Shown piece after piece: positions 45,000 to 63,344 of a stretch of 64,000 bases of DNA. The stretch lies in NCBI RefSeq assembly GCF_009914755.1, contig NC_060928.1; one strand, 5' to 3'. The notes beneath the pieces were generated by a model that was given only the letters and a program-made list of their open reading frames with translations, had not been told where the DNA came from and made no database searches. The translations under genes were made by a program, and so were the position numbers. This DNA is from the human T2T-CHM13v2.0 reference genome, Homo sapiens. Within the stretch, counting starts at the first letter, position 1, and every line of letters starts with the position of its first letter.

Positions 45000-45290
45000 T
45001 GTTTGTTTGCTTTTTGGGATGAGGTCTCGATCTGTCACCCAGGTTAGAGTGCAGCAGTGGCTTGATCACCACTCACTGCAGCCTCAACCTCCTAGGCTCA
45101 AGCAGTCCTCCTCTGCCTCAGCCTGTGAAGCAGCGGGGACCACAAGCAAACGCCACCATGGCCAGCTATTGGTTTTTTTTTTTTTTTTAGTGGAGACAGG
45201 TGTCTCCTTATGTTGCCCAGACTGGGCTTAAGCTGTCCTGCTTCAGCCTCCCAAAGTGCTAGGATTACAGGCGCAAGCCATTGCACCTGT
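45000..45290 (-). mobile_element. AluJ
   Basis: Diverged reverse dimer with CACTGCAGCCTCAACCTCCTAGGCTCAAGC. Confidence 0.85.
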
Positions 45291-46120
45291 CCTCATTTCT
45301 CAGCAGCCAACTCAATCAGTGTCTTTCTGCTGCAATTAGCCCTTACTATTCCATCCTCTTTACCAGAAAATTTTTCCTTCATAATATATTTGACCATAAT
45401 TTAGGAAATGAAATGTTTTTCTGCATATATTATTCATGCTTAGCTATCAGGAATAAGTAGTAAATGACTTCATTGCCGTGATTATTTTTCATATGTTAAT
45501 ATTAAAATTAACAGTTTGAAAGTGGAGCTTGTGTTTCCTCTGGCTGGGTTTATATGGTAATAATAGAACAAATGGATTTAATCAGTTTGTGAAAGGAACA
45601 GTAACTTGGCATCTAGATTTAAGAACTCATGTGATGGTATTTCTTATCATTTTTCTGGCTGCAGTAAGATTACAGTGATTAGAAGCTGCTTTAAATTGTA
45701 TATTTTGCATTATTAAAGAGATGGATGTCGTCTTGCAGACAGAATCACAATAGATATGGCAATAATTCTATTGCAGAAACTATCAGAGAAGCTAGAACTG
45801 TTTGAACTGGATATTTAGGTACAGTATACTAGAAGCATCATTCACCAATGATGCTTTGTTTAGTCCAATAATATTTTAGTCCAAGAATCTACTTAGTCGA
45901 TATAAAATAATCAAAATTATAATTTGATAAAATCAGAATAGTAATTTTTATGATAAAATAATCATAGAATCATTATTTCCTTCCTAGTAGAAGGAAACTT
46001 AAAGGTCATCTAATCCAGTCTTTTTATTTTAGAGATGAGAAGTCCAGGTTAAGAGAGGTTACTTGCCTAAAGTCATGATCTATTTGTGAAAATGAAGTAA
46101 ATTGTATTAACTACTTGCTG

Positions 46121-46517
<397 letters not shown>

Positions 46518-48389
46518 TCAGATTATTTGTGTTATAAAATTGAACACATTTGTTAAAGCACAATGGATTAATGATAGTCCATTGCAGAGAAATAAGTGCC
46601 ATGAGGAGGGAGCCAGACAAAGCAAACAAGATGCAAGTCTGAGAAAACTCAGTTCCAGTTTGGCTAGCAGTGATTCTCAGCCTTAGCCGCACATTAAAAG
46701 CAGCTGAGAGCAAAAGACACCACCCTCAGCAATGAACAAAAGTCTGTGCCTAGACCCCGCCTTAAGCTAGTTAAATCAGAATCTCTGAGAGTGGGCCTTG
46801 GCTTTCCTTTGTTTTAAAAGCACCCCAGATGATTCTACAGCTAGTCGAAACCCTCTGAGTTAGATCATAGGTATGTATAGGGGAATTGTGGGAGATTAAA
46901 ATAGCAGAGATTAAGATAGGAAGGCCAATTTAGAAAAAGAAAGCCATAGGTATTATGGTCCTGACACAGCTTGTAGGTTAGTAGGAAGGGAAAGGGGGCG
47001 GGGTGTGAATGAGAGAACTATGGTCCATGGGGAATCTATGGGACTTTGCGGTTATTTGTATGTGGATTTCAGTTGGAGGAAAGAATTGATACTGAGCTTT
47101 TGGATTTAGGCAAATGGGAAAATGACAGTTCCATTAAATGAGTGGGATTTGTTTGGGGTATGTGGGGTAGGAAATGTTATTAGTTCTATTGGGATAAACA
47201 GATAATTATGAAAAAAAGTCTAGAGTTTAAGAGAGGTTAGTGACGGCCCATCATTCACATACAAGTGATAGGAGGTCCACAGTGTAGATCCCAAAGGAAA
47301 ACAATGGAATTAAAAGCAGGCTAGAGACAAACCTTGAGGAACATACCTACATTTAGGGAGCAGAGAGAGGATATAGAGCCAATCAGTAAGAGAGATGGTC
47401 GAAGAAGCATAGGCACCAAGAGATTGGTATGTTTTAGAATCTAAAGGAGAAGACTTCTAAGGTGGAAATTAGTAATCGAATGTCAAAAGCTGCAGAAACT
47501 CCCAACTAAATTTAGTGAGTGGTATTTAGGTGAAGTTGTAATGAAAACCAGATTGCATGGGATTAGGAAATGAGTGGGAAGTAAGGATATGCAGGGTAAC
47601 AGTTTCAGGCTGTTCACTCTAGACATTTTGAGATGATGGGAAAGTAACTAGAGGCAGGTAAACAGCTGAGAGTATTTTTAGAATAACAGAAACTTGAGCC
47701 TTTTTGCAGAAAGACAGCATGGGCAGTTGAAAGGGAGAAGAGGGAAGAGCGGGAGGGTCACAATCCTGGAAGAGGGAGGAGGAGATGGAAGAGAAAACAC
47801 AAAGGGGAACTTTAACCTTGGCAAGACAGTTCTTCTCCCAGAGTAAAGGAAAAAATAAGAGGGAAGAAACAGATGTAATAGAATTTTAAGAGAGAGGAGG
47901 AAATTGTCAAAACACAGCCTGTTTTTGGTAAATAGAAGGATGGTCTTCTACTGATAGTTAAGACACATGACAGACCCAAATTGGTTCTTGAGGGCAGAGG
48001 TCTAGAATGGCTAGAGATGGGGACTGCTCATGGCTCAGTCAACAGACCAAAGCAGGTGAAGTGAAGAATAGTGAGAGCTCAAGCTCACATGAGACAGGGA
48101 ATGTTTTAGGAGCCAATTTTCAGATTTTATCTAGATATTGTCTGCAGCTGGTTGTGGGGAGCAATTAAGGCAGAGAATAACTATTACCTGGGGCCAGTAA
48201 GAAATGGTGAATTTCACAGAGCTCAGGGATTTTAGGGCAGTAGCCTGAGTGTTTGCTAAAATGGCTAGCCAGAAAAAACTGTATCTCAACGAGGGTGAGA
48301 TACAGGTTTACTGAGAGCAAGGCAATAGGAAAACTGAGGACAGCTGAGGACATAGGAGCAGTTCCAAGTCAAGACCCTAGAAGGTGGGC

Positions 48390-49892
<1,503 letters not shown>

Positions 49893-51829
49893 TGCTAGAA
49901 TGATAGGTGGAGAAAAAAATATCTAGAAGCTGTTTATGTTTGGGAGGAATATTTTTAGGTGCTCTAACTTATTTCTAAACTAATGGATTACAAGAGCTGA
50001 TAAAAATGTAGGATTTCTTAATAAGGATAATTTTAATAAGAAATGAACTAGTGGAGTAGAATTTATTGTAACGGATGTGCTCCATTTATAGCACAAACGA
50101 TCTGTTAACAAAATCTGTTACTGAATAAAGAAAATATCTACATGAAATAGATTGACCTGTCAATTCAGTCAAAATAATACACACAGCCAAAAGACCTTCT
50201 GCTTTCCACATTCCCTTCTTTCAGCTTTTGTGCACTTCAGAGGCACTTGAGGAAGCAAAGAGATTCAGTCCAAGATCTTAGTCTTGCCTGCTTCACAGAG
50301 TTTGCACGTTGCAGATTTGCAGTGGAAGCTGTGAGTAAATTTGATTCCCTCACAGAAGTACATTTTATTCTTCTGGGCCACCCAGAATCTGTCTATTACT
50401 CTAAATGTAGAGAGGCCTATCTTTATAAAGAAAACTGTTGGTGTCAGAGTTATTTACAGAGCATGTGAAACTTTAACTTGTCACTTTGTGGTTTGTAAAC
50501 CTGTTCTTTGAATTGCCTATAATTTCCCCTTTGTGTCTGCCTTTTTAGGTTTTACCCTTTAGTACCAGAAACAATTCAATTAGGGAAGACAAAAAAGGAT
50601 GAAACCAACATTTATCGGTTTTAACATTTTGCTATCTAGTACCTGGAATCGTGATTATACAACAGAGGAAGAGCTCAGTAAATATTTGTTGTTGATCAAC
50701 TTTGTAGATTTATTAAAAGCTTCAGAATAAGGAAAAATGCTGAGATTAATGTTTGCAGGGTCTTTTGATACCATTTCTAATGTCTACAATATTGGCAATT
50801 TTTGAGAGAAAATAAGAACTTGGCTTTGTCAACTATGCATTCATCAATTTAACAACTGTATCTTTGAATAGTAATTCGTAACTTTTTAGCAATGTGAATG
50901 ATGCTATCACTGGCGGTAAATGGGGCCATGGAAACACTCTGGGAGGAGGCAGCCAAATCTGTCTTTGTAAATCAGAGAAGCCTTCATAAAAAAAGCCTTG
51001 AAAGATGAGTAGTAATGAGTCAAGTAGACAAGGGAGAGAAAAGCATTTTGGAAAAGTCCAAAGGCATGTTAAGTGGGAATGATCATGGCATGATGAGAAC
51101 ATTGCAAGTAATTTAGTATGTTTGGAGTGTAAGATGCCTGTGGGGAAAAGAGGAGCCAGTCATGGAAAGTGGAAATGTCATGTTTAAAAGTTTAGGCTCT
51201 ATCCTGTGGGTGATAGTCATTGACAGATGATAATAAGGAGAATGGCATGAACAGATTAGAGTTTCAGAAGGATACTTAGGCAACACTGCATGCTGCTGAT
51301 GGACTGGGGGGCAAGAGGGAGACCAGCTGGATAAATAATATAGGAGCCAAGGTGATTAATGTGACAGGGACAGTAGAGGCTGAAAGGAGGTTGTGAGCTT
51401 GATCTGATTGGTTGTAGAAGGTGGGGGAGGAGAAGTCTTGGCCATTTGGTACCGGGTTAACTCATCTCTGGTAATGGAAGGCAGAGACATTTGTGTAAAT
51501 GAAATATAGAAGGAGATCAAAATTTTCCCCACTCAACATTCTACTAATTGTGCAGATTTAAGAGTCTCTCCCCGCCCCCAACCCCCCAACCCCCATCTCT
51601 CCTGGAATGGTTAATGAGTAATGAAGTGGACAGAAGGCAGGAAGCAAGAAGACAGGAAAGAAGCAAAGGCTTTGTAAATCAAACAGAAACTAAATTTTTC
51701 ATTCTTTCACCTCAGCCTCCCAGAGTTCACTGTATACAGCTTCACTGTATACACTTTTCAGTGACTTATGTATCTGAACTTTGTTGTCAGAAACACCCAA
51801 GTTCCAGAACTTTAAAATTCACCAAGCTT

Positions 51830-53699
<1,870 letters not shown>

Positions 53700-56600
53700 T
53701 AATTTGAAATACTTGTAAATAATAGTATTGGAATTTAAATTTTTTTCTATTTTATAGGTGGTATATACGAGGCACATGTAGAGACTTGGGAAAAAAAATT
53801 TTTTAAGGTGATCTTTATAAAATAGCAAAACTTGAATTTGAGGAAGCTGGCATTGCTTGATTTCCAAAGTTTGGTAAAAAAAAAAAGTCAAGTGTGAGAG
53901 TCCAAAATTACTTCACACTCTATGTAAATAATGGGATATGGTACCCTGTGGTCCCTTAATTTCTTAAATAAAAATTTTAATGAGGGAGAAAGGATCTCTT
54001 AATCCTTAGGGAAAATATGCTTTGTGTGGATTGTAAAATCTGGCAAATTTTGGAAAGAAGAAAAGCAGGCAGTACTCTTGGAAAAAAATAGTCTGCTTGA
54101 ACTTGCCTTTTTTGAAAAAAAACAAAACCCAACATTCTTTCATAAAGCATTTTTTTAAAAGTATTTGCCCTTGAGCATTTTTTTCTACTTACCCATACTT
54201 ATCTTTCAAAACAAACATTTATTTCTTTCTACTATAGAGTGTGAGGAAGTTCCTTTGAGGTTATGCCCTACAAACATATCCAAGCAGTAACTGTCACCTC
54301 CTTCCTATGGCACAACAAATGACTAAGTCAACCGCAGGCAGCGGGGAGCATAGAGCGGCGATTTCGTGATGGGGGCTGTTCAGATGTTACCTATGGGATC
54401 CGTTCTCAAGGGGAAAAAACACACAACTATACTTTTGTGTGCAAATAAAATTTTGGGTCCTTTTGACCCAATGGAAAATGTGTGTCTACTGGTGGCTGCC
54501 TACTTGGAATATGATGATTTACACTTGGAAACATTTGTGTCATTTATCATATGATGTTACTGGTCTACAGCATGACTGCATAACAAATAACCATATTAAA
54601 AATTAATCTTTTCCAGTTCATCAGACTGTATGTCTTTTTGACACCCCAAGTCTTGTCTTTGCCTCTTGCCCTGCCGTCTTTTCCTGCAGTCACTCTTTAC
54701 ATTAAGTCTAGGATTAAGTTAAAACTCATGCACTGCGTATTTGTGGCTGCGCTTTCAGACTCCTACCCTGCCCTTTCACCCTTCTTTCCTACTTTTCTGA
54801 AACATAAATCTTCTATCCAGTGGAATTGGTTCGCTCTCTGTCCCTGCAACACACCTTCAACTCCAGACCTGAGACACTGTCTTTGCCTTTTCAATCCTAT
54901 TCTTTGCAACAAGGTTTAAATCCTACTTTTCTGACTGGATCATGGCAAAATAATCTCTCTCAGAAATTCTTTAGTAACAACATTCTGTAAACTGATCATT
55001 ACTTTTAATGTTGAGTTTTTAGTGTTTATGTCTTGTCTCCCTTCCATATTATAATTCTTTCAGACTGGGTTTATGTTGTAGATTTACCTGTACTCCTAAG
55101 GTGCTTTGCCCATAGTAGGCACTCAATAAATATTCATTGATATTTTTCCCTGCATTTTACAATCGAGTCATAAAAGCCCATATTTGGCTTCTGTTTTTCT
55201 GGCCAGAGGGCCATTCACTGCATTAATAAAATATATATTCTGACATGATGTGTCTCCTGCCTAAAGTCATTTTTGTCTAGCAAATACTAGTAAATAGAAT
55301 TCTAAAAAAGATATGTAATTATCTGCTGCAGAGAATTTCAGTAATATCATTGATCATGTTAAGGTTTCCAGGGGAGACTAATTTTAAGAATTGTGGCAGT
55401 AAAACCTCTGGCACTAGAGGAGACAGATGTTCAAGGCTGTGGAATTGGCTCACCTCTCACGGGATATAATAATGCATCCTTTCTATAACATCCCAAATAG
55501 ATAGGCCTGACATGGAAATGCCTGGAATCAACTCCTCCTTCATTTTACTAATGTATTTTTAGTTATTGATAATGCAAACCACTTGGTCTTCTCTGTTAAG
55601 CGTCCAAAGTATCCTTAAGAGTAATTAAAAAAGTAAAAAAAAAAAAATGCCAGGGCCCTTCCCAGCTTCTTAGATGCTAATGCTCTTTCTCCTGGATACT
55701 AAACTATTGTTTACTCTTCTTGCTGAACTTGGCATAGGCATGAAACCCCTCAAAACATTCTTTTTTTTCATATGTACTATGGCTGTAAATACTTTTGAAT
55801 GGTCTTGGGGATAGATCTATAATATTATGGAATCTATCACTCAAAGCACTATTATTAGTAAATACAGTAATATCTCAGATTGTATATTGCACACATTTTC
55901 TGTAAGTACCTAGGTTATAACATATTGGGCTTTTGACATACTTACGAGTGAAAGAGGGGCCAAGTTATTAGCCTAGTTTTGCAGATAAAATCTAACACAG
56001 GGAGGATTATGATTTTCACATTTATTGATAAAGTTAGGACTAGAACCTAAACTCCCTGATTCTGTTAGTTCATTCTGCTCTCACTATGTAAGATCAAGCA
56101 GATGGGCCAAACCAGCTGAAGCATCAGGGTTTGGCTCATGACTTTTGCTGTGATGGAATATCCAGTTGAAAAAAAACAATCCTTATTTTCATACTTGAAT
56201 GTTATAGGAAGCTCATTTTAAATTGCTCTGTTCCATATGAAAGATAATCTGGCCAATTTCTTAACTGTATTCAACTCCTATGCTTTAGAAACAACGTTGT
56301 TGTGTTTACAGGGAATGTTTAAAGCCCAAATACACAAAAGTAAATTTAAATCCCCTTACATTTTTATTATTTCAGTACTCTAGTTTATTATAACTCAGCT
56401 ATCTATAGTGAACAGTTGACCTCTTATTATCTCCTCCAACCCCATCCCTGCTGACATCATTAAACAGGAAGGATTCTAATTATGTAGTCTCATTTTGGAG
56501 AAAATTGGGAAGACTACGTAGAAATCTAAACGATGTGTGTTACTCTCAGAGCTAGGAAACTAGAGCCAGGTCTCATGGCACTCTAATTAAAAACTTTTAT

Positions 56601-57314
56601 TTCTGCAGATTTATTCTGTGGTCCTTACTGAACAGATCTGCCTTGGGTTTCTGCTGGTGAGTTTTTCAGCAGGAATGCAGGCTTTGTTTCTTTGAATAGT
56701 TGAGTGCAGATTAGTGGTATGCCAATTTCCTGTGGCCTTTCAGAGCTGCAATTTGAGCCCTGTTTGCTCCTGGCCCTTGCACAATTGAAAACAATGGGTG
56801 ACTTCTTTTAGGTTTCACTTCAGGGCTCTTAGAAACAGGGGAAGTGGCTAAAGCCCTACTTTACAGGTAATTAACAATAGATAATGTTTGCTCTGCATTT
56901 TTTAGAGCCGATAAAAGGTAGAAGAACATATTCAGCTCCTGATTTAGACACTGTGCAGTGGTTTTATGGATACAATAGCTGTCTTAGCATTAGCAAGGTG
57001 GCATGGAGTATCATATATATCTGACAGCACAAAAGTTTTAAAAAGCAGAAGAAAAAAGAGTATTATTAAAACACTGAAGAGTAACCAAGAAAGCACTCCC
57101 TGGAAGATGCTAGAGAAACAGCGTCATTTTAAGCCATGCATTTTGACTCAGGCTGTAAATCTATATGTTTTATGAGGTGAACAATTTTCATAACTTGTTG
57201 ACATTTATTCAAGGTCTTTTTGTGTTTTACACATAATTCAACTCTAGAATTCTCCTGTTTGTTAAAATAGCTTCAGCTTAAAAAGGCTTTATTTCCCATT
57301 ACATTTAATCATTA

Positions 57315-57660
<346 letters not shown>

Positions 57661-58047
57661 GATTTCAGGTGCTTAACGTGTAGAAAACAATGTTTTATTG
57701 CCCTTTTATTGTGTCTTGGGTAGTGATAGGGTGTTTACCTTAATACTTGGAATAAATATTTTTAGACCACTCTTCTCTGTGAAACATATTGTGTCCACCT
57801 GTGACAAGGTAGGTGTGTAGGAGTACTGATTGATTGATTCATTAAATCCTCAACAGTTACCAAGCACCTACTCTGCCCCACATCCTGGCCCCAGCACTAG
57901 AGGTGGAAGGATGATGGAGACCTTGTCCTTAAGGAGATTATGGCAATCGCTTTCCCACATTCTTTGGAAAAAATGAGTAATCTCAATTTTAATACATCTA
58001 CAATTGAAATGTGTAGGCAGCACTCTTGATAAAAACGTTAAGGACTA

Positions 58048-58330
<283 letters not shown>

Positions 58331-58937
58331 TCATATCTGATACCCCAAGTAACTTATTTTTAGAGTGAACAAAGTCTAAACCAGAAGTTAGTGGCTTTTT
58401 GTTCCAAGCCACTTCTAACTAGCAACGTGAAATGTCACCTTACTCATCTGCTTTTGAGTAATGATGAACAGAGAGAAGTTGCTTTAGTAGGGAATTTATA
58501 TGTCGTTTAAAACCAGAGCAGCTTTTTCTAAGTGTGTTTAGACACCCTTGAGAACAGTGTTTTAAGTACAGAGGTGTACAAAGGTGAAGGACCCCTACAT
58601 CAATTAATTAGTCAGTCCAGACTTGCTGAGCACCTGGGACGCGTTCAGTGCTGTGCCAGTGGTGTGGATTTAGGAAAAAAGTATAAGCTCTTGATCTCCA
58701 CTAAGAGCTGGATCAGGAGGCTGACCTGGCAGCCGGAAATGGGAAAGCATTTAAATCCTCTTATCTGCTGATAAAAGTAACATGTTTATTGTAACATTGT
58801 TTTTGAAAATGCAGATGAGTATAATGAATTAAAAATGACACATAATCCTGCTACCCATTTCTTAGTTACAAATGGGCTTTAACAATCATTTGGATACATT
58901 ATTTACCTGTCTCCTAGTGTCTTGAACTTTCTTTTCC

Positions 58938-59236
58938 ATTTTTTTTTTTTTCTGTCTGAGATGGAGCCTCACTCTGTTGCTCAGGCGGGACTGCAGTGGT
59001 GCGATCTCAGCTCACTGTAGCCTCTGCCTCCCAGGTTCAAGCAATTCTTCTGCCTCAACCTCCTGAGTAGCTAGAATTACAGGCGTGCGCCACCACGCCC
59101 GGCTAATTTTTATATTTTTGGTAGAGACGGGGTTTCACCATGTTGGCCAGGCTGGTCTCAGACTCCTGACCTCGTGATCCTTCTGCCTTGGCCTCCCAAA
59201 GTGCTGGGATTACAGGTGTGAGCCACCGCGCCCAGC
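58938..59236 (-). mobile_element. AluS
   Basis: Full reverse dimer. Confidence 0.93.
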
Positions 59237-62200
59237 CATGTCTTGTATTTTCTAAAATAAAAATTTAGGGGAACACTCCTCTACTTTTATTTTTTATGAT
59301 CTTCTAAAACTCATTGAATCTTTAGAATTGAGGATTTTAGTAATCTTTCAGGAAACAGTCACTCTAAAGACCAAAATTTGTGTTTTGTTTCATTTACTTC
59401 CCACCTTTCTATCTTCTTAATAAAGTGAAGTTGTTTTCAGAGAGTTGAAAAAGAGAAAAACTCAACTCGTCCATTTAAGCTTTCTAGTACTTATCTAGCT
59501 AAGCACATTTATTGCAGGAAAACTAACACTGATGATAAGCAAAAGAGCACTAAGGAAGTTTGGATTGCCAGTGAAAAGGTAGAAATTCAGTGGCAAGAAT
59601 ATATGTTTTCTATTTAAAAGAAACTATTACTATCTAATATTGCCAACAATTACGACAAAATAACCTCGTAAAGAAAAACTTTAAAAAAAGTGAACCTTGT
59701 TTTGCTGTGAGAGTCAAGCAGCTGTTCCATCCCTCCCAGCGCCCCACTAGCCTACCACTTTTTATGTTAACCACATTAATCATGATAATAATTTCCCTTA
59801 AGAAACTTTGCCTCTGAACACTAATGCTCATCATTTTACCCAGTGACTGGGTTGGAATTACGTAACCAACTTTATTATCACTGTCATTAAAATCAGCATA
59901 TATCTCATTCTGGTTGTACAGGAAGCGATTGCTTAAAGTATCCATTTAAAATATGACTTAATGTTTAGATAGTGAACTTATATGTTTATCATGTCAAAGC
60001 CTCAGAGAAGTATTCTGTTCTCCTTAAGTGCTCTAAATGGCTGCTCAGTTACATACAGTTGTGATTGGCTATGCGTATATCCACATAGTTATTGATATTA
60101 AAAAATATGAAAATGATATCAGTAGAATGCTCAAGTTCTATTATTCTCTTGTTCCATGCATTAAACGAACTTTTTAGTTGTAAGTAGTGTCTTCAGTGCA
60201 CATCATTCTCGTACTAGAACGATGACATCTTTCATCTTTTCCGATGAAAGAACTCATTTGCTAAAACAACTGATGTACTTAGGAAGAAGTGACGATCTTT
60301 TTATTTAATTAACCTTTTACTCCTAGATAGGTAGGTGTTCTGCCAAAAATTAAGGTATTTTAAAGCAGCAATGAGCTCATTTAATTTCTCTATTTTAAAC
60401 AGAGTGCTTTTGATGGTTTACTAGACACGACATCACAGTTTCCTGTTTCATATTTGAAATAAGCAGGGTTGGAGAAAACTATTTGCCGTGAGTTTTGAAA
60501 CTCTGGGGACAAAAAGCCCCTGAAAAGAAGTCTCAGAAGCATAGTGGCTTTTTAAAATTATATAAGGGAATTAAAACCACAATACTGATGAGCCAAACAA
60601 ACATACGCTTTCCCTCCCACTTATCCCCTAAAAGAAAGAGAAAAGTGAAAATGGGAGAAATTGAATGATGGAGATCATTAATTAAGCCTGTCACTCACTC
60701 ATAAGGGCTCTCAGCATTTAAAAAAAAAATTTTCCTCCCTAATCACAACCAATGTAGCAGTTTGTGTCTTGGCAAAATTGTGTTTCATGTTCTCAATTGA
60801 GAAAGGGAAATTTAAGGTACAGTTAAATTTTAAGGCTCAATAAATTACTTGTATTTAGAACTTAGTGGTGATAGTGAAGGTGGGACTGGGATGTTTAATA
60901 ATGTGGTAAATAAAGAAAAAATACTGAAACTTTTTTTCAATTATTAGGGAATTTAAGAAAAGATATTTGACACTACACATAACTCTTGTGTATGTGTACA
61001 TATTATTTAATTACTTTTTAAAAAAGCAACAACAAACGGTTCTACAGAAAAGAAGATACTTCTGAGATCCATGCAAACCACTGATAATTCTTAAGAGTTA
61101 CACTCAGTTCCTAGAGAGGAAGTGATACATATATGACTGTTAAATTGAAATGATAAATTACAGTAATTTTTAAAGACGGAAAATAAGAATTTTAAATGAG
61201 CAATTTAACAGAAATGTTTTGTAAGCCCGATCTATATACACCCATAATAAGGAGTTAGGATGCACTAAATTCTCTCAGAGAAGCAATCTAAAATACCTGA
61301 GCCTTTGGAGGAACAAATGGTCATTTCCTGAGGTGAGTGGAGGGAGCAAACGTGGTTGGGGGCAGGATGGAGGGTGGGAAGGGGAGGGTGGGTGGAGACT
61401 GTGGGCCAGGCTCCCGGTGTATGGTAGTGAACAAGACAGACATGGAGTTTACAGTCCTTTCTCCTCTTTTCTCCTAATTACATAGGCAGAAAACCGTTTT
61501 GGAACGTTCGTATTTTCAGTACTAGTACCCTCCTAGCTCTGTATTCCAGATATTGCTCCCTTAAGAGAGGAAAGAGATTTTTCTCTTGTGAGATTTGTTT
61601 ATTCTTCGAAACTCAAAAAGTCTGGTCATTTCCCATTTTCCACATAGGAGCCCAGGTCACCAAGTAGTGCAGTCGTCAGCTGGGGTTCCTGTCATGTCAA
61701 TTCTTAGTGCCAAAACATGGGATTTGAACTCCTGCTTATTTTGTGATTGAGTCCTCTTCAACCAAAGGCTGCTAGGATTGTTTCTGTAATCTCCATTCCC
61801 TGAACTTAATACTCAGTCCCAGATAACTTACTTTACTTATGGTTTGTTTTTCTCACTGTATTATAAGTTCTCCCAAAGGCTTGAGGTCTCTCTTTTTCTA
61901 TCCTTTCACCAAAATTCTAGCTCACTATACACTGAGCTTATTATACCCAGGAGTAGCTGGACACCGTTCTAAGAACTTTACATGAATTATTTTATTTGAT
62001 CTTCTCAAAAATCATATGAGGTCGCTAGCATTATTATTTTCTTTTCCAGATGAGGAAACCCAGGCACTGTGAAGTGAAATAACTAGCCCAGGTTCCCACA
62101 GCCAACCAGGATGTTAACTGTGGTTAATTGACTGCAAAGCCTGTGCATAATTTGAGCTTACAAACTACCTCCGATTGCTGTAGCCACAAATTTCTAGGAG

Positions 62201-62659
62201 AGTGGCCAGTGCTACTTTTCTACGAAAACAGAAATCAAGAAACAAAGACCAACTCTGAATGAAAACGAGAATGATTGTATCTTTTATTTTAAAAGGACTT
62301 AGCATTTTTCCTTTTTCCTAACTTAAAAACAATGCAAATGTGTTTTTGTACTTTGGCCTGTACTTCCTTGGGTTGGGGATGGAGATGATGGGTGGGTGGA
62401 AAGGGGTAAATTTTAAAGTATCTTTTATTAATACAAATGGATAATGTCTTAACTTTGTTGATACAGAATGATACCAGGTTTAATAAGATTCTAAAATTGA
62501 GTTGAGCCATCCAACCGTGATGGGAGATGGGGGAATAGGTTGGACGATGGCTGATCTTTCCAGCCTAGCAATGACCATGAAAGGGCTTATTTTGATTCTG
62601 ATTTAAATTTGTACTGTGCTATATTATATGAGCTTTATGTAGGCCACTTGCCTTCTCTT

Positions 62660-62993
62660 TTCTTTTTTCTTTTCTTTGTTTTATTTTTATTTTATTTTAT
62701 TTTTGAGACAGCGTCTCACTCTGTTGCCCCCGCTGGAGTACATTAGTGCAATCATCAACCATACCTCACTGCAATTTTGAACTACTAGGCTCAGGGGATC
62801 CTCCTGCCTCAGCATCCCAAGTAGCTGGGTCTATGGGTGTGTGCTACCACACCTGGCTAATTTGTTATTTTTTGTAGAGACAAGGTCTTGCTTTTATTTT
62901 CCAGGCTAGTCTTAAACCTCTCATCTCATGTGGTCCTCTTGCCTCAGCTTCCCAAAGTGCTAGGATTACAGGTGTGAGCCATTGCATCTGGCC
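62660..62993 (-). mobile_element. AluJ
   Basis: Diverged reverse dimer with T-rich tail. Confidence 0.85.
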
Positions 62994-63344
62994 GCCTTTG
63001 CTTTTACTAATGGCTAACCCCAACTCTGGGGAAGTATCTAAGATCATGCAAATAGTTGGCTAGTCAGTAAATAACATTGAAGTTCATTTCCTGAAAACTA
63101 TATAAGGAACCATGAAGAATCAACAATTAGATAGTAAGCTTTGTGGGAGTAGGGATTTTCTTCATTAACTTTTGAAACTCCAACACCTAAAACTGTGCTT
63201 GGACTATAGCATTGTTGCCACTCAAAATATTAGCTGAATAAATAGACACTGCTCTAAAGGAGTCTTCAATCTAATTGAGTGAGAGGAGACCAATATACAG
63301 ACAACAACCAATAAATGTTATGGTATGACATCTAGTGAAGTATG

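Noticed and set aside
45833-45856. 10-bp perfect stem with 4-nt loop (AAGCATCATT-CACC-AATGATGCTT); similar 9-bp stem at 60228-60251
   Set aside because: A few stems this short are expected by chance in 64 kb of AT-rich DNA.
55405-55420. CTCF-like GGCACTAGAGGAG (and CAGCACTAGAGGTG near 57892)
   Set aside because: Only partial matches to the CTCF core; cannot be supported without PWM scoring or ChIP data.
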